Source: Neovahlkampfia damariscottae (taxonomy: Eukaryota). From it: a DNA stretch of 20,000 nucleotides. The translations under genes were made by a program, and so were the position numbers. The stretch spans positions 48,630 to 68,629 of the forward strand of contig JABLTG010000106.1 in NCBI GenBank assembly GCA_016618085.1, written 5' to 3'. This document shows positions 10,415-19,592 of this stretch, piece after piece (within the stretch, counting starts at the first letter, position 1; the number at the start of each line of letters is the position of its first letter). The notes under the pieces were generated by a model. That model was given only the letters and a program-made list of their open reading frames with translations. It was not told where the DNA came from and did no database searches.

Positions 10415-11008
10415 TCATTTTTTCAAATTTCTTTTTTTGCTGTCTGATTCAGAAATGATCGGAAAATGAAGTTCGGTAGTTTTTTCACCTAAATGAACAA
10501 CTTCCCTCACTTCATATAAATTATCAATGCATGTTAGAAAATATAATTCCTTCACTTCAAATTCAATTTCTTTCCAATTGGATTGTAATTGTTTGATGAG
10601 TTTTTCAACATCAGTATTTTTTGAAACTTCACCCATTGATAAATGAGCAACAAATTTTGAATGTTGAATTTTTTCTGAGAGTTCTGGAAAGGTATTCAAA
10701 ATGACTTTATAAATTTTTTCTAATGGTGAAGTGTCTTCAGGTTCTAAATATAAAACATGTTTGTTTTTCATGGTAAAGTATTTGAAAGTGGTTAATTTCA
10801 AGTTAAAAGGTTGTAATTTTTTGGTTCTTTTTTCTAAAATTTTTTTGCAATCAACTAAATTAGTTTCTTGAAAAAAAGGACGAACGATTGTAAAATGAGG
10901 TCCTGCTTTGTCAGGTGGTGGTAAATATTTCAACCTCACCTCTTGGATTTGATTCCAATATTCAGGTGCTGGTCTTACTGCTACAAAACTGCCGAAATGT
11001 GACTTCAT
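10415..11008 (-). CDS. 2H phosphoesterase (2'-5' RNA ligase-like / LENG9-like)
   Basis: First ATG at 11008 (MKSHFG...). Two HxT/S motifs: PHFT and AHLS. Confidence 0.82.
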   Translation of the reverse strand: MKSHFGSFVAVRPAPEYWNQIQEVRLKYLPPPDKAGPHFTIVRPFFQETNLVDCKKILEKRTKKLQPFNLKLTTFKYFTMKNKHVLYLEPEDTSPLEKIYKVILNTFPELSEKIQHSKFVAHLSMGEVSKNTDVEKLIKQLQSNWKEIEFEVKELYFLTCIDNLYEVREVVHLGEKTTELHFPIISESDSKKRNLKK

Positions 11009-11084
11009 TTTTAACCTGGTCAGTTCAAAATTATCCAATTAAATAGGATGTGTATTCAATTTTGAATTTGAATACGAAAAATTT

Positions 11085-11713
11085 TTATTGTGTTTTACAA
11101 CTAGAAGAGCTCTTTCTTTTATAGTTTTGAAGAAATTTAACTTGTTTTAAATTAATAGCTCCTTTTCTTTTTTTTCGTATCAAAGTAATTGCATCCTCAG
11201 GTGATAAATTCTTGTCACGTTCTAATAACGCTATTGCAACCTTAAATGTGAAAACTCAATTAAAAAGTACCATCACTGGAGCTCCTTTTAAAAAGTTAAA
11301 TATTTTTTTCTGTTACTTCCTAAACCTGCCACACAATGAATAGCCATAGTAGTTTCAGCTTTAGAATCTCTTGGAAACACCTTATCTATTAATTTCAACC
11401 ATTGATCAATAATATTTTTTGGAGGTGCGGAACCATCGTCGTAAGGCAAATCCTGTTAAAAGATTTAAAAAAATTTACATTTAAAAATGTACAACAACTG
11501 TGATTTCATTTTTTTCAAAAAGTTTTTTATCATATTCTGATGAACAAACTCTTACTAAATGACTCACATTATTTTTTTGAAAAAGACTTAAATAGGTTTT
11601 CAAATTTGAATTAGTTGGAAGATCATGAATTAAAAATGATAAACCCTTATCAAACTAAGTTATGTTTTTTTTTTTACATTGTATTCAATTAAACTTGGTT
11701 GATTTGATAACAT
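11085..11713 (-). CDS. PTP4A: Prenylated protein tyrosine phosphatase, PRL/PTP4A family
   Basis: Absent from the ORF track. Five exons (introns 11646-11677, 11453-11492, 11285-11316, 11241-11270) give MLSNQPSLIEYNGLSFLIHDLPTNSNL...HLVRVC...LPYDDGSAPP...IHCVAGLGRAPVMVAIALLE...IRKKRKGAINLKQ...SSSCKTQ*, ending in a CaaX box. Confidence 0.93.
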
Positions 11714-11972
11714 TGTATCTCTTCAGTCAACAAGTTCTCTTCAACAAATTCTTCTGTTGACAGTTGGTAAGTTACAATTATCCAATCAAAATCTCTAGAT
11801 TCAATTAGAGTGATTTTGCAATAAATTCTTTAAAAAAATCATCGAAATACTTTTGCTCTGATTTGGAATGTTTTCAACCAAAAAAGCTTCTAATGATTTG
11901 ATGGAATCGAACGTCTAACTATTTTCATTGGTTGGAAATTTTTGGTTGACTCAATTCCGTTACTTGCAGGTG

Positions 11973-14222
11973 ATGAAGAAAATTCTTTCGTTTAATCTGA
12001 CCAAGGAATCTTTAAAGAAAGATAAAGAAAAATATACATTTCAAATAACTTTCAACGAAATTACAGGGCTACCTAAACTTGCAAACAAACCTTTGTTTAT
12101 TGCTTATAAACAAACTAAAACAAAGAAAATTGAAACACCAAGAGTTGATACTGAAAATGGAACTGCAAAATGGAATTATGATTTAGTTTTCAAATCTTCT
12201 TTGAAAGGAAAAGATTTAAAAGGAAATCAGAAAAAAAAAAACTTATCCTTTGTCATCTATGAAGTAATAAAAAATTGAGCACTAATTATATATCAAATAG
12301 CAAGTTACCAAAGGCACAAAAAACATGATTAAAGCAAATTCAAAAATTGGTGTCTTAAATTTGAATTTGGCTGATTTTGTCTCAAAGGAGTGCAAAGGAA
12401 ACTCTTTTGACAAAGAATATGATATATTATGTTGGAAGAAATATACATGTAAACTGAAGGTACATTCTTTCTTTTATTTGACCAAGTTTTATTTAAGGTC
12501 AAAATTGCTTCTTACAGAGGTGACCCACCAAAAGACGTTGTAGCAAACTCACAAAGTTCACTTGATTTATCCTCTTCCACAACAGGTTTAACACCTTTAA
12601 ACACAGGAGAAGATGCTACAGAGTTTGGAGATTTAGATGCAGACGAAGAAGATGATGATTGTGTTGATGAAGAAGAAGATGAAGAAATTTCAATGAATGA
12701 TGATAGAATTCAATTTCCAAATTTGAATTTAAATAATACTGATGTTATTATTTGTTCAGTTTCAAGTAGTCCTCGTAAACTACCTCCAAAGGTATTATGA
12801 AAAAAAAAAATGTTTTTGACAATTTCTTAGAAAGCTACAGGTATGTTGGGATGGGAAGCATTAATTTCCAAGACTTCAGCTACGACAACAAAAAGTAATC
12901 CAACTCTATCAACCATCAGAGCTCCAGAAAAAAGAGCTTCTTTTAAAAAGAAAAGAAACACTGTCAAGTTGACCTCTGTAGACTTAAATTTAGAAGTAAG
13001 TCAGTTTTTTAATTAAAAAAAAAAGGAAAAAATGTATAAATTAGAACAATTAAAACAAGAACAAAATGAAAGAGATATTATAGAAAGTACCATCACTTTA
13101 AATGAACCAGAGTTTGCAAGAGGAATTCCTATATCCGCTGTAACGTTATTTAGATCTTTAGTATCTTGGGATTGCTTTCAATTGAATCATCAAAATTTTC
13201 CAAACAAAATTATAAAGACACTAAAAATTACTTTAAAAAAAAATAAAAGTAAAATGGAACCACTTAGTTACTGGATGGGAAATTTATGTACTTTATTAAA
13301 TTTGATAAGACTAGAGTATCCATTGACCTTTGATGAAGAAAAATCAAAAACTCAAAGTCAGAACAAAAAAACATCTTCTGTGACTCAATTTGCTAGAATA
13401 ATTGAAGATGATGAAAATTTTGGTGAATTTAAATTGAAATTGACAAAAAATGAAGAAGATGAAAATGTTTCAATTATGGATGAAACTCCATTGATGCAAT
13501 TCAAATCAGAATTGGAAAAACTACTTGGAATTACCTATGGATTCCTTTTGAGTCTAATTTATAAAGAATTAGATGAATTACTAATACCATGTACATTTCT
13601 TGAAGAGTTATCAACTGGTAAAAATGGTTCTCCATTTGTTATTTTAAAGATATTCAATGATTTTTTAAAGACTTTTCAATCAAATGGTGTTTTCAATGAA
13701 ATATCAGAACAATTTTTTGGACAAGTATTTTATTTTATTAATGGTCATTTATTGAATATTTTATTGACTCATAGAAAATATTGCTCAATGAAGGCATCTG
13801 TAAATTTAAAAATGATGACATCTGATTTGTCAAATTGGGCGGATGAAAATAATTTTTTGAAATGTAAAAAGAATTTCAATAATTTAAGAGATATTTCAAA
13901 TATTTTAATGGTTGATAAATCTGAATTAGTTGATGAATCTGTTAGAAAACAAGTTTGTCCTTCTCTTCAAATTTGTCAAATTTTGAATATTCTTTGTTTC
14001 TATCATGCTGATGAATTTGATCCTGTTGGTGAAGTCTCATTATTTATCATTCAAAAATTGAATGATTTATGCGTTGGTGAAAAAGAAATAATTTATGATG
14101 AATTCATAATTGACAAACCATATTTGACCACTTTGATTGAAATGCCATCTTGGAAATATCTGGATTTACCAAAAGGATTGAATAAGGGATTCAGTTTTTT
14201 GAAAGAAAAAGATCAAGAATAA
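11973..14222 (+). CDS. NT-C2 (EEIG1/EHBP1-type) + acidic linker + Dilute (DIL) domain protein
   Basis: N-terminal C2-like exons (GTAKWNYDLVF, KIGVLNLNLADFV), an acidic D/E tract near 12640-12700, and a C-terminal myosin-V-like globular tail (LSYWMGN, QFFGQVFYFINGHLLNILL..RKYCS, VCPSLQICQI..IL..YHADEFD). Four small introns. An alternative start at 11901 with intron 11913-11969 is possible. Confidence 0.8.
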
Positions 14223-14229
14223 AATGTTT

Positions 14230-14926
14230 TTAATTTGGTTCATCAAACGGTTTTTTTGACACCATTGCTTTGTAATTACCAAAATAATCATTACAACGGT
14301 TTGGGTGGTGGATCCATTTTTTGAATACTTCTCCTTTGCATTGTTTTCCATTGAAATAGATTATTTCAGCATAATTCTTATCATTGTTCCATTTGAAGTA
14401 AACAGATTGTGGGTTCTTAAAGTACAATTCCAAATAACTTTTAGTTGATCTTAAATGATTGATATGGTCCAATTGTCCCTGTTGTAAATCAACACATCCT
14501 TCAGTTTTTATAAATGTTGATCCAATCACATGAACAGGACATCCAACACCTATTTTTGCATAAAAACCAGTTTCAGAGATTTGTGGTTTATTATTGTCAC
14601 AAGTATCTTGACGAGACATCTGTTTTTGGGTGACACATCTCAAAAGTGGACGTGAACCAGTCAATGAACAACTTTCACATTTTGAGTCAGTACAACTAAA
14701 TTGAATGATATGAGTTGTATTACAAGTGAATCTGAGATGATTATTTCCAAAGTTGTGACAGACATTTGGAGAAAACTAAAACTTAAAAATAAAACAAAAC
14801 TAGTACATAAATGCCAGTGAAATATGGTTCTATACATTGTGCTCTATAGTACACTTTTTCTATTGGGTATTGACTGAATACAAATTCAAGTAAAACTACA
14901 ACAATCACCAAAGAAAATAACTTCAT
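14230..14926 (-). CDS. Secreted cysteine-rich protein, family unknown
   Basis: ATG 14926 with signal-peptide-like MKLFSLVIVVVLLEFVFSQ. A 31-nt intron (14776-14806) joins in frame to the 14230-14664 ORF. Many Cys residues. Confidence 0.75.
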
Positions 14927-15045
14927 TTGATTTGCCAATGAAATTCGAGATTTATCAATTTTGATGTAAAAACAATATTAACATTTTCTTTTTGCATTTT
15001 ATTTCCTTTGATTTCTGCTGGATCAAGTTTTTTTGTCCAATAAAA
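14927..15045. promoter_or_regulatory. 119-bp divergent promoter with CCAAT boxes
   Basis: CCAAT at 14935-14939 and 15037-15041, 8 and 4 nt from the two divergent ATGs. Confidence 0.55.
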
Positions 15046-15729
15046 ATGATCACAAAAAAAGTCCACAACAACAAGAACGAAGAAGAAAAAAAATTTAAAT
15101 TAAAAATCTTCACTGAAGACAATTTACAAGATTTAATTTCTAAAGGATGGAATGTTGAATTGATGATACAAGGAAAAATGAAAACACTAACCTCCAAATC
15201 ATTTTTCGTGGAAGTATCTAATTTTACGACCATTAAAGAATTAAAATGTATCATAGAGGATCAAGAAGGATATAATAGAAACCATATGTACATCAAAAAG
15301 AGAACAAAATATTTAGATGACGATAAAACCTTATATGATTATTTTGTAACAGAAGATGATTGTTTATTGCTTATAAACCCAGGAAAGAATAAAAAATTAA
15401 AACAACAAGATGGAAAAATTAATAAAATGTCGACAAAAACAAAACAAAGAGGAGTACAAACTGGAACGATGACAATATCAGAAGCAGAAGCTAAAAAATT
15501 ACCTCAAAAAGATTGGTATGAAGATCCAGAGAATTATTTATTATCAGGTCCACAAAATCAACCACACACTCCAAAATCACCAAGTTCTCCATCAAAAGTT
15601 CAAAATTTTTCTTTTTCTTCCAGTGTTAATGGAGGTAAGAGTAAAAATGAAAAACAAGAAATAAAAGAAGATCCAAGAGAAAAAGTTAGAAAAGCAACAG
15701 AGGAAAGATTGAAAAAATTGCAAAAATGA
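15046..15729 (+). CDS. Ubiquitin-like domain protein with low-complexity C-terminus and VIM-like tail
   Basis: First ATG at 15046. Ubl signature FVEVSNFTTIKELKCIIEDQEG...LDDDKTLYDYFVTEDDCLLLI. C-terminus is REKVRKATEERLKKLQK. Confidence 0.72.
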   Translation: MITKKVHNNKNEEEKKFKLKIFTEDNLQDLISKGWNVELMIQGKMKTLTSKSFFVEVSNFTTIKELKCIIEDQEGYNRNHMYIKKRTKYLDDDKTLYDYFVTEDDCLLLINPGKNKKLKQQDGKINKMSTKTKQRGVQTGTMTISEAEAKKLPQKDWYEDPENYLLSGPQNQPHTPKSPSSPSKVQNFSFSSSVNGGKSKNEKQEIKEDPREKVRKATEERLKKLQK

Positions 15730-15767
15730 TTGGTTCACAAATTTCAACTCAAAATTGAAAGTGAATT

Positions 15768-18446
15768 TTATTTTTTCATCTTTGGTAAATTGAGTAATTT
15801 CTCATCTTCAGTTGTCAAGATCTTATTGAATTGTCGAATTTTTTCACTCAAGAAATCAATTCTTTCTTGTATTTGTGTTGTGTTAACTCCTCCTTTACGA
15901 ATTCTAACCAATTCATCTTCAATGGCATCAATTTTCTTTTGTGTTCTTTCAATTTCAACTTTTCCACATGCTTTTTCCATTCCTCGAATCATTCCAATGT
16001 CTTCTGTTAATTCCTTGAAAGCTTCATAATACAAAGGTGAAAATGCAGAAACAGTTCCATCTTTTGTCATTGTTAAAACATCTGTTGAAGTGATTAATTT
16101 GTCTAATGCTCCATCATCACCTTCAAATGGGCCATATAATAATTCTTCATAAGATACTTTTTGTTTTTGAACTATTAATTTCATTGATTTCCAAAGTTGT
16201 GGTTGTGTCCATTCATTAGATCCTGCTGGTTCTTTGAATAATTTTCCACCAAAACCTTCTGCTAAAATATCTCTTTTACTTTCTTCAACCATTGAATGAA
16301 CAGCATCAGAAATTGAATAACCTCTTTGCAATCTCTCAACGAGGAAATATAAATCCGAAATTCTACCTCCAATGGTATTAATTGATTTTACAATTTGTTG
16401 GAAATTTTCATCAGTCAAAGCAATATCTTGTTTTTGATCCAAATCTGATGATAAATCATTATTTGGTGATGGTTCAGTATCAATTTTTTTGAATCTATTC
16501 AAAGTGAAAATATTGAAAAGTGTTCTTGCATTATTTGTCCAAGAATCATTACTACTCTTAAGTTCTTCATTTCCTGCAACCAATGGATGATGATGAAGTC
16601 TTTCTTGATTGATATCATTTTTAATTCCTAATTTTTGTAATTTTCCAGTTAAATAAGCAACTGATTCTTCTTTTGAAAGATCATCAACATATATTTTCTT
16701 CAATGTTGCTCTATATTCTGGATAATCTCTGAAAATTTGATTTTTGAAAGCATTGTCATTAATAACAAAAACAATATGAGCTTTGCCTTGAGATGTAACA
16801 TTCATAGCCCATTGTAATAATAACTCTTTCAAATCTTCTGCTTTTCCTTCTGATTTCTTTTCTAATTCTTGAATTAAATCTTGAAAACCATCAAAAACAA
16901 TAACCGGATAATCAAACTAAAAAGTCAAAAAAAATTGAAAGGCAAATACTTTTACAAGACTATTTTGTGGTGTAGAAGCTGAAATGATTGATAAAGCTCT
17001 GTCAATAGTGGACAAAACTTTGTTCAATTGTAAAACTTTTGTGTAAGTCAAAGCTTGCTAAAAAATTTAATAAAAAAGAAATTTACCTTCTTCATTGGTA
17101 AAAATGTTTCAATATAACTGATCATAGATGTCAAACTTGATAAAGTTGGATAAAATCCAACTGATCTTTCTAAATCATCAATGAAGGTATTAGCATCAGG
17201 TTTAACAATATTTGACTCTTTTGAGCAATCAATAGTTAAACAAAGTCTTCGTTTGTTCAAAATATTTTTGATAATAGTTCCTTTTCCAACACCTAATTAA
17301 TACAGAATTTTTTAACATTTTTTTTTTGAAACCTTTTGGACCAGATAAAATGATAACCGAATCAGGCTTTGATTGAAATTCAGCATTTATTTCGATAATG
17401 TCATCCATTCTTTTTTGGAAATCAACTGGTGGAACCTAAAAAAAAAATTGAAATTAAATATGAAAAAGTCATACAGCACCATGGCTTGATAAATTGAAAA
17501 GGATTGTTTGAGTGACATTAATTAATCTAAGTGGTTCAACTGAAAGATATATCAACAATAAAACTACAATAGCAATCACAGGCAACTAAAAAAGAAAGTG
17601 TTAAAAAATGAAAAATAACATACAAGTCTTGGAGAATGAAATAAATTATAAATAAATTCAAAACGATGAAATTCAGCATAATTAATCCTAATGGTACCCA
17701 AGTTATTGTAGTTTGAATGATGAAGACAATTCTTGGCGCATGTAGCATTTCCTTCCAACCAAAAAAGTATTTTCACTTTTTGTCCATCTAATTCAATACC
17801 ACTAAGTCTACCATACGGTCTAAATATTTCAAATACCTCTTCTGTTTCAACTTTTTCAGGAAATAAAATTTCCAATTTTCTAGAAGGTCTTTTTGAAACT
17901 AAATCTTGAATAAAAGGTGTTCCTAAAACTAAATGTGAAACAACAGTTCTATGAAATGCCAACATGTAATAAGCAAAATTTGGTTTTGCTCTGACATATC
18001 TAAGTGCTTTTTCAGCTTTTTCTAAATCTTGAAAATAAACGTAACAACCACCTTCCTATTTTTTTTTTTCAATGAAAACAAAAATAAACTTACTTTTGGA
18101 ACAGGTGTTATATGAGTAACTGTGTGTCTTCCTTTTTTAAAATGATCTTTTATTCTCTTTTCAACCCATTCTTGATTTCTAACATCAAATCTTTTTGAAG
18201 TGAAAGTATAAAAAAATGAAAAAATCCCTATGAATAAAATTTGAATATAATCAATAAAATACCCCCTCCTGCAAAGATGTTATGGATCCAAATGGCTTGG
18301 ATATGATAAAAAAAAAAAGAGTTCTTACCTTGTTCAGGAGGTGGTTTATGAATACCAACCTCTTTTGAAACATCATAATTGAACTTTCTTCCTGTGAAAT
18401 GGGATATCCTTTTTACTCGTCTGAGGTTAACGAAATTTTTGAACAT
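15768..18446 (-). CDS. YME2: Yme2/RNA12-like mitochondrial inner-membrane protein (RRM(s), TM, P-loop RNA12 domain)
   Basis: Presequence-like N-terminus MFKNFVNLRRVKRISHF; VPKEGGCYVYF; GTPFIQDL..RPSRKL, then RRM EIFRPYGRL...ATCAKNCLH; a TM segment; Walker A GPKGVGKG; Walker B VIVFDGF; LLQWA...AHIVFV; IGGRISDL..LVER; WT..QLWK. About 8 canonical small introns. Confidence 0.8.
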
Positions 18447-18498
18447 CCCATTGATTGGTTTAAAAAAAAAAAACTGTAAAATTTAAAATATTTAATTT

Positions 18499-19281
18499 TT
18501 AACAACATTTTCCTTGTTCTTCAACTTTAGAATCAGGATTTGTTGGAATAACAACTGTATTTCCACCTGGTTGTGAAACAACTTGTGTTGTGCCTTGGGA
18601 TGAGTTTCCAGTTCCATTTTGAACATTCATGTTATTACAGACTTGATAAATATCTTCAAGAACATTTTGGAAAGCTGTTTCAACCATAGATCCATCTAAA
18701 GCACTTGTCTCCATGAAATGTAAAGAATTCTTTTGAGAGAAGGCAATTGCTTCTTCTGTTGAAACCGATCTTAAATGTTTCAAATCGGCTGGAAAAAAAT
18801 TAATTTTTTTTTCATTTTCAATTACATTTATTTCCTACTAACATGATTACAATATTTGGAACTGCATAATCATGAAGTTCTTTCAACCATTTTTCGCAAT
18901 TGTCGTAAGTTGATTTTTTGGTAATATCATAAACTAATAAAGCACCAACAGCACCACGGTAATATGCAGAAGTGATGGCTCTGTATCTAAATGGTTCAAA
19001 AAAATAAAAAAACGACTTTGTATAAAGTTTACCTTTCTTGACCAGCTGTATCCCAAATTTGTGCTTTAACAGTTTTTTCTTGTATTTTTAAACTTCTTGT
19101 TGCAAATTCTACTCCAATTGTACTTTTACTATTTTTTTTTTATTTAAATTTATTTTCTTTTATACCTTTCGAGGTTAAACTCGTTTCTAGTAAATCTACT
19201 GAGTAAATTTGATTTACCAACACCACTATCACCAATAAGAACTACTTTAAATAAAAAATCGTATTCGCTTGAATCAGTCAT
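18499..19281 (-). CDS. RAB11: Rab11 small GTPase
   Basis: Introns 19129-19165, 18987-19032 and 18789-18825. Spliced product: [49 protein letters not shown]...[29 protein letters not shown]...GNKSDLKHLR...ETSALD...GKCC. Confidence 0.97.
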
Positions 19282-19500
19282 TGTACAAGAGGTTGGTTTG
19301 AAATTGTCCAATGAAAAACAAACAATAATTAAAACTGGCTAAAATACTTTTGAGATGAAACAATACAACTCATTTCTTAAAACAAAATGAACAATACTTT
19401 TGTGACGTGGAATTGTAAAATTATTGGTTATTTTTTAACGGCCAATGAATTGATGGTTATTGTGATAAAAGTGGTCAATTAGATTTAATTTTGCCAGTTA
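19282..19500 (-). promoter_or_regulatory. Rab11 upstream region with several CCAAT/ATTGG boxes and a TGACGTG (CRE/bZIP-like) site
   Basis: CCAAT at 19308-19312 and 19442-19446, ATTGG near 19423, TGACGTG at 19403-19409. Confidence 0.4.
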
Positions 19501-19513
19501 TTTTTACAATTTT

Positions 19514-19586
19514 TACTTGAAGTTGTTCAAGTTGAACAAAAAAGACCTTTTGTTCAACTAGAAAATACTGAAAAAGATCTCAAGTA
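19514..19586. repeat. Cluster of short inverted repeats (TTGTTCAA x3; 12-bp hairpin), candidate transposon left-end/subterminal structure
   Basis: TTGTTCAA at 19523-19530 (+), 19532-19539 (-) and 19550-19557 (+). Perfect stem AGTTGAACAAAA 19530-19541 / TTTTGTTCAACT 19548-19559 with a 6-nt loop. Outer pair TACTTGA 19514-19520 / TCAAGTA 19580-19586. Confidence 0.6.
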
Positions 19587-19592
19587 TTTAAA

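Noticed and set aside
11052..11075. 8-bp inverted repeat GTATTCAA/TTGAATAC between the PRL and 2H genes
   Set aside because: Short and AT-rich, plausible by chance. Bacterial-type terminators are not expected in this genome.
10415..11713. Possible PRL phosphatase-2H phosphoesterase fusion
   Set aside because: PRL ends with CaaX (CKTQ) and TAA at 11085-11087. The 2H gene has its own ATG (11008) and CCAAT box.
601..16029. Short antisense or alternate-frame ORFs (601-819, 1267-1449, 1348-1569, 6261-6461, 7151-7336, 8494-8739, 9258-9446, 9599-9829, 14166-14351, 14955-15254, 15730-16029)
   Set aside because: They overlap better-supported genes, many have non-ATG starts, and none shows recognisable motifs.
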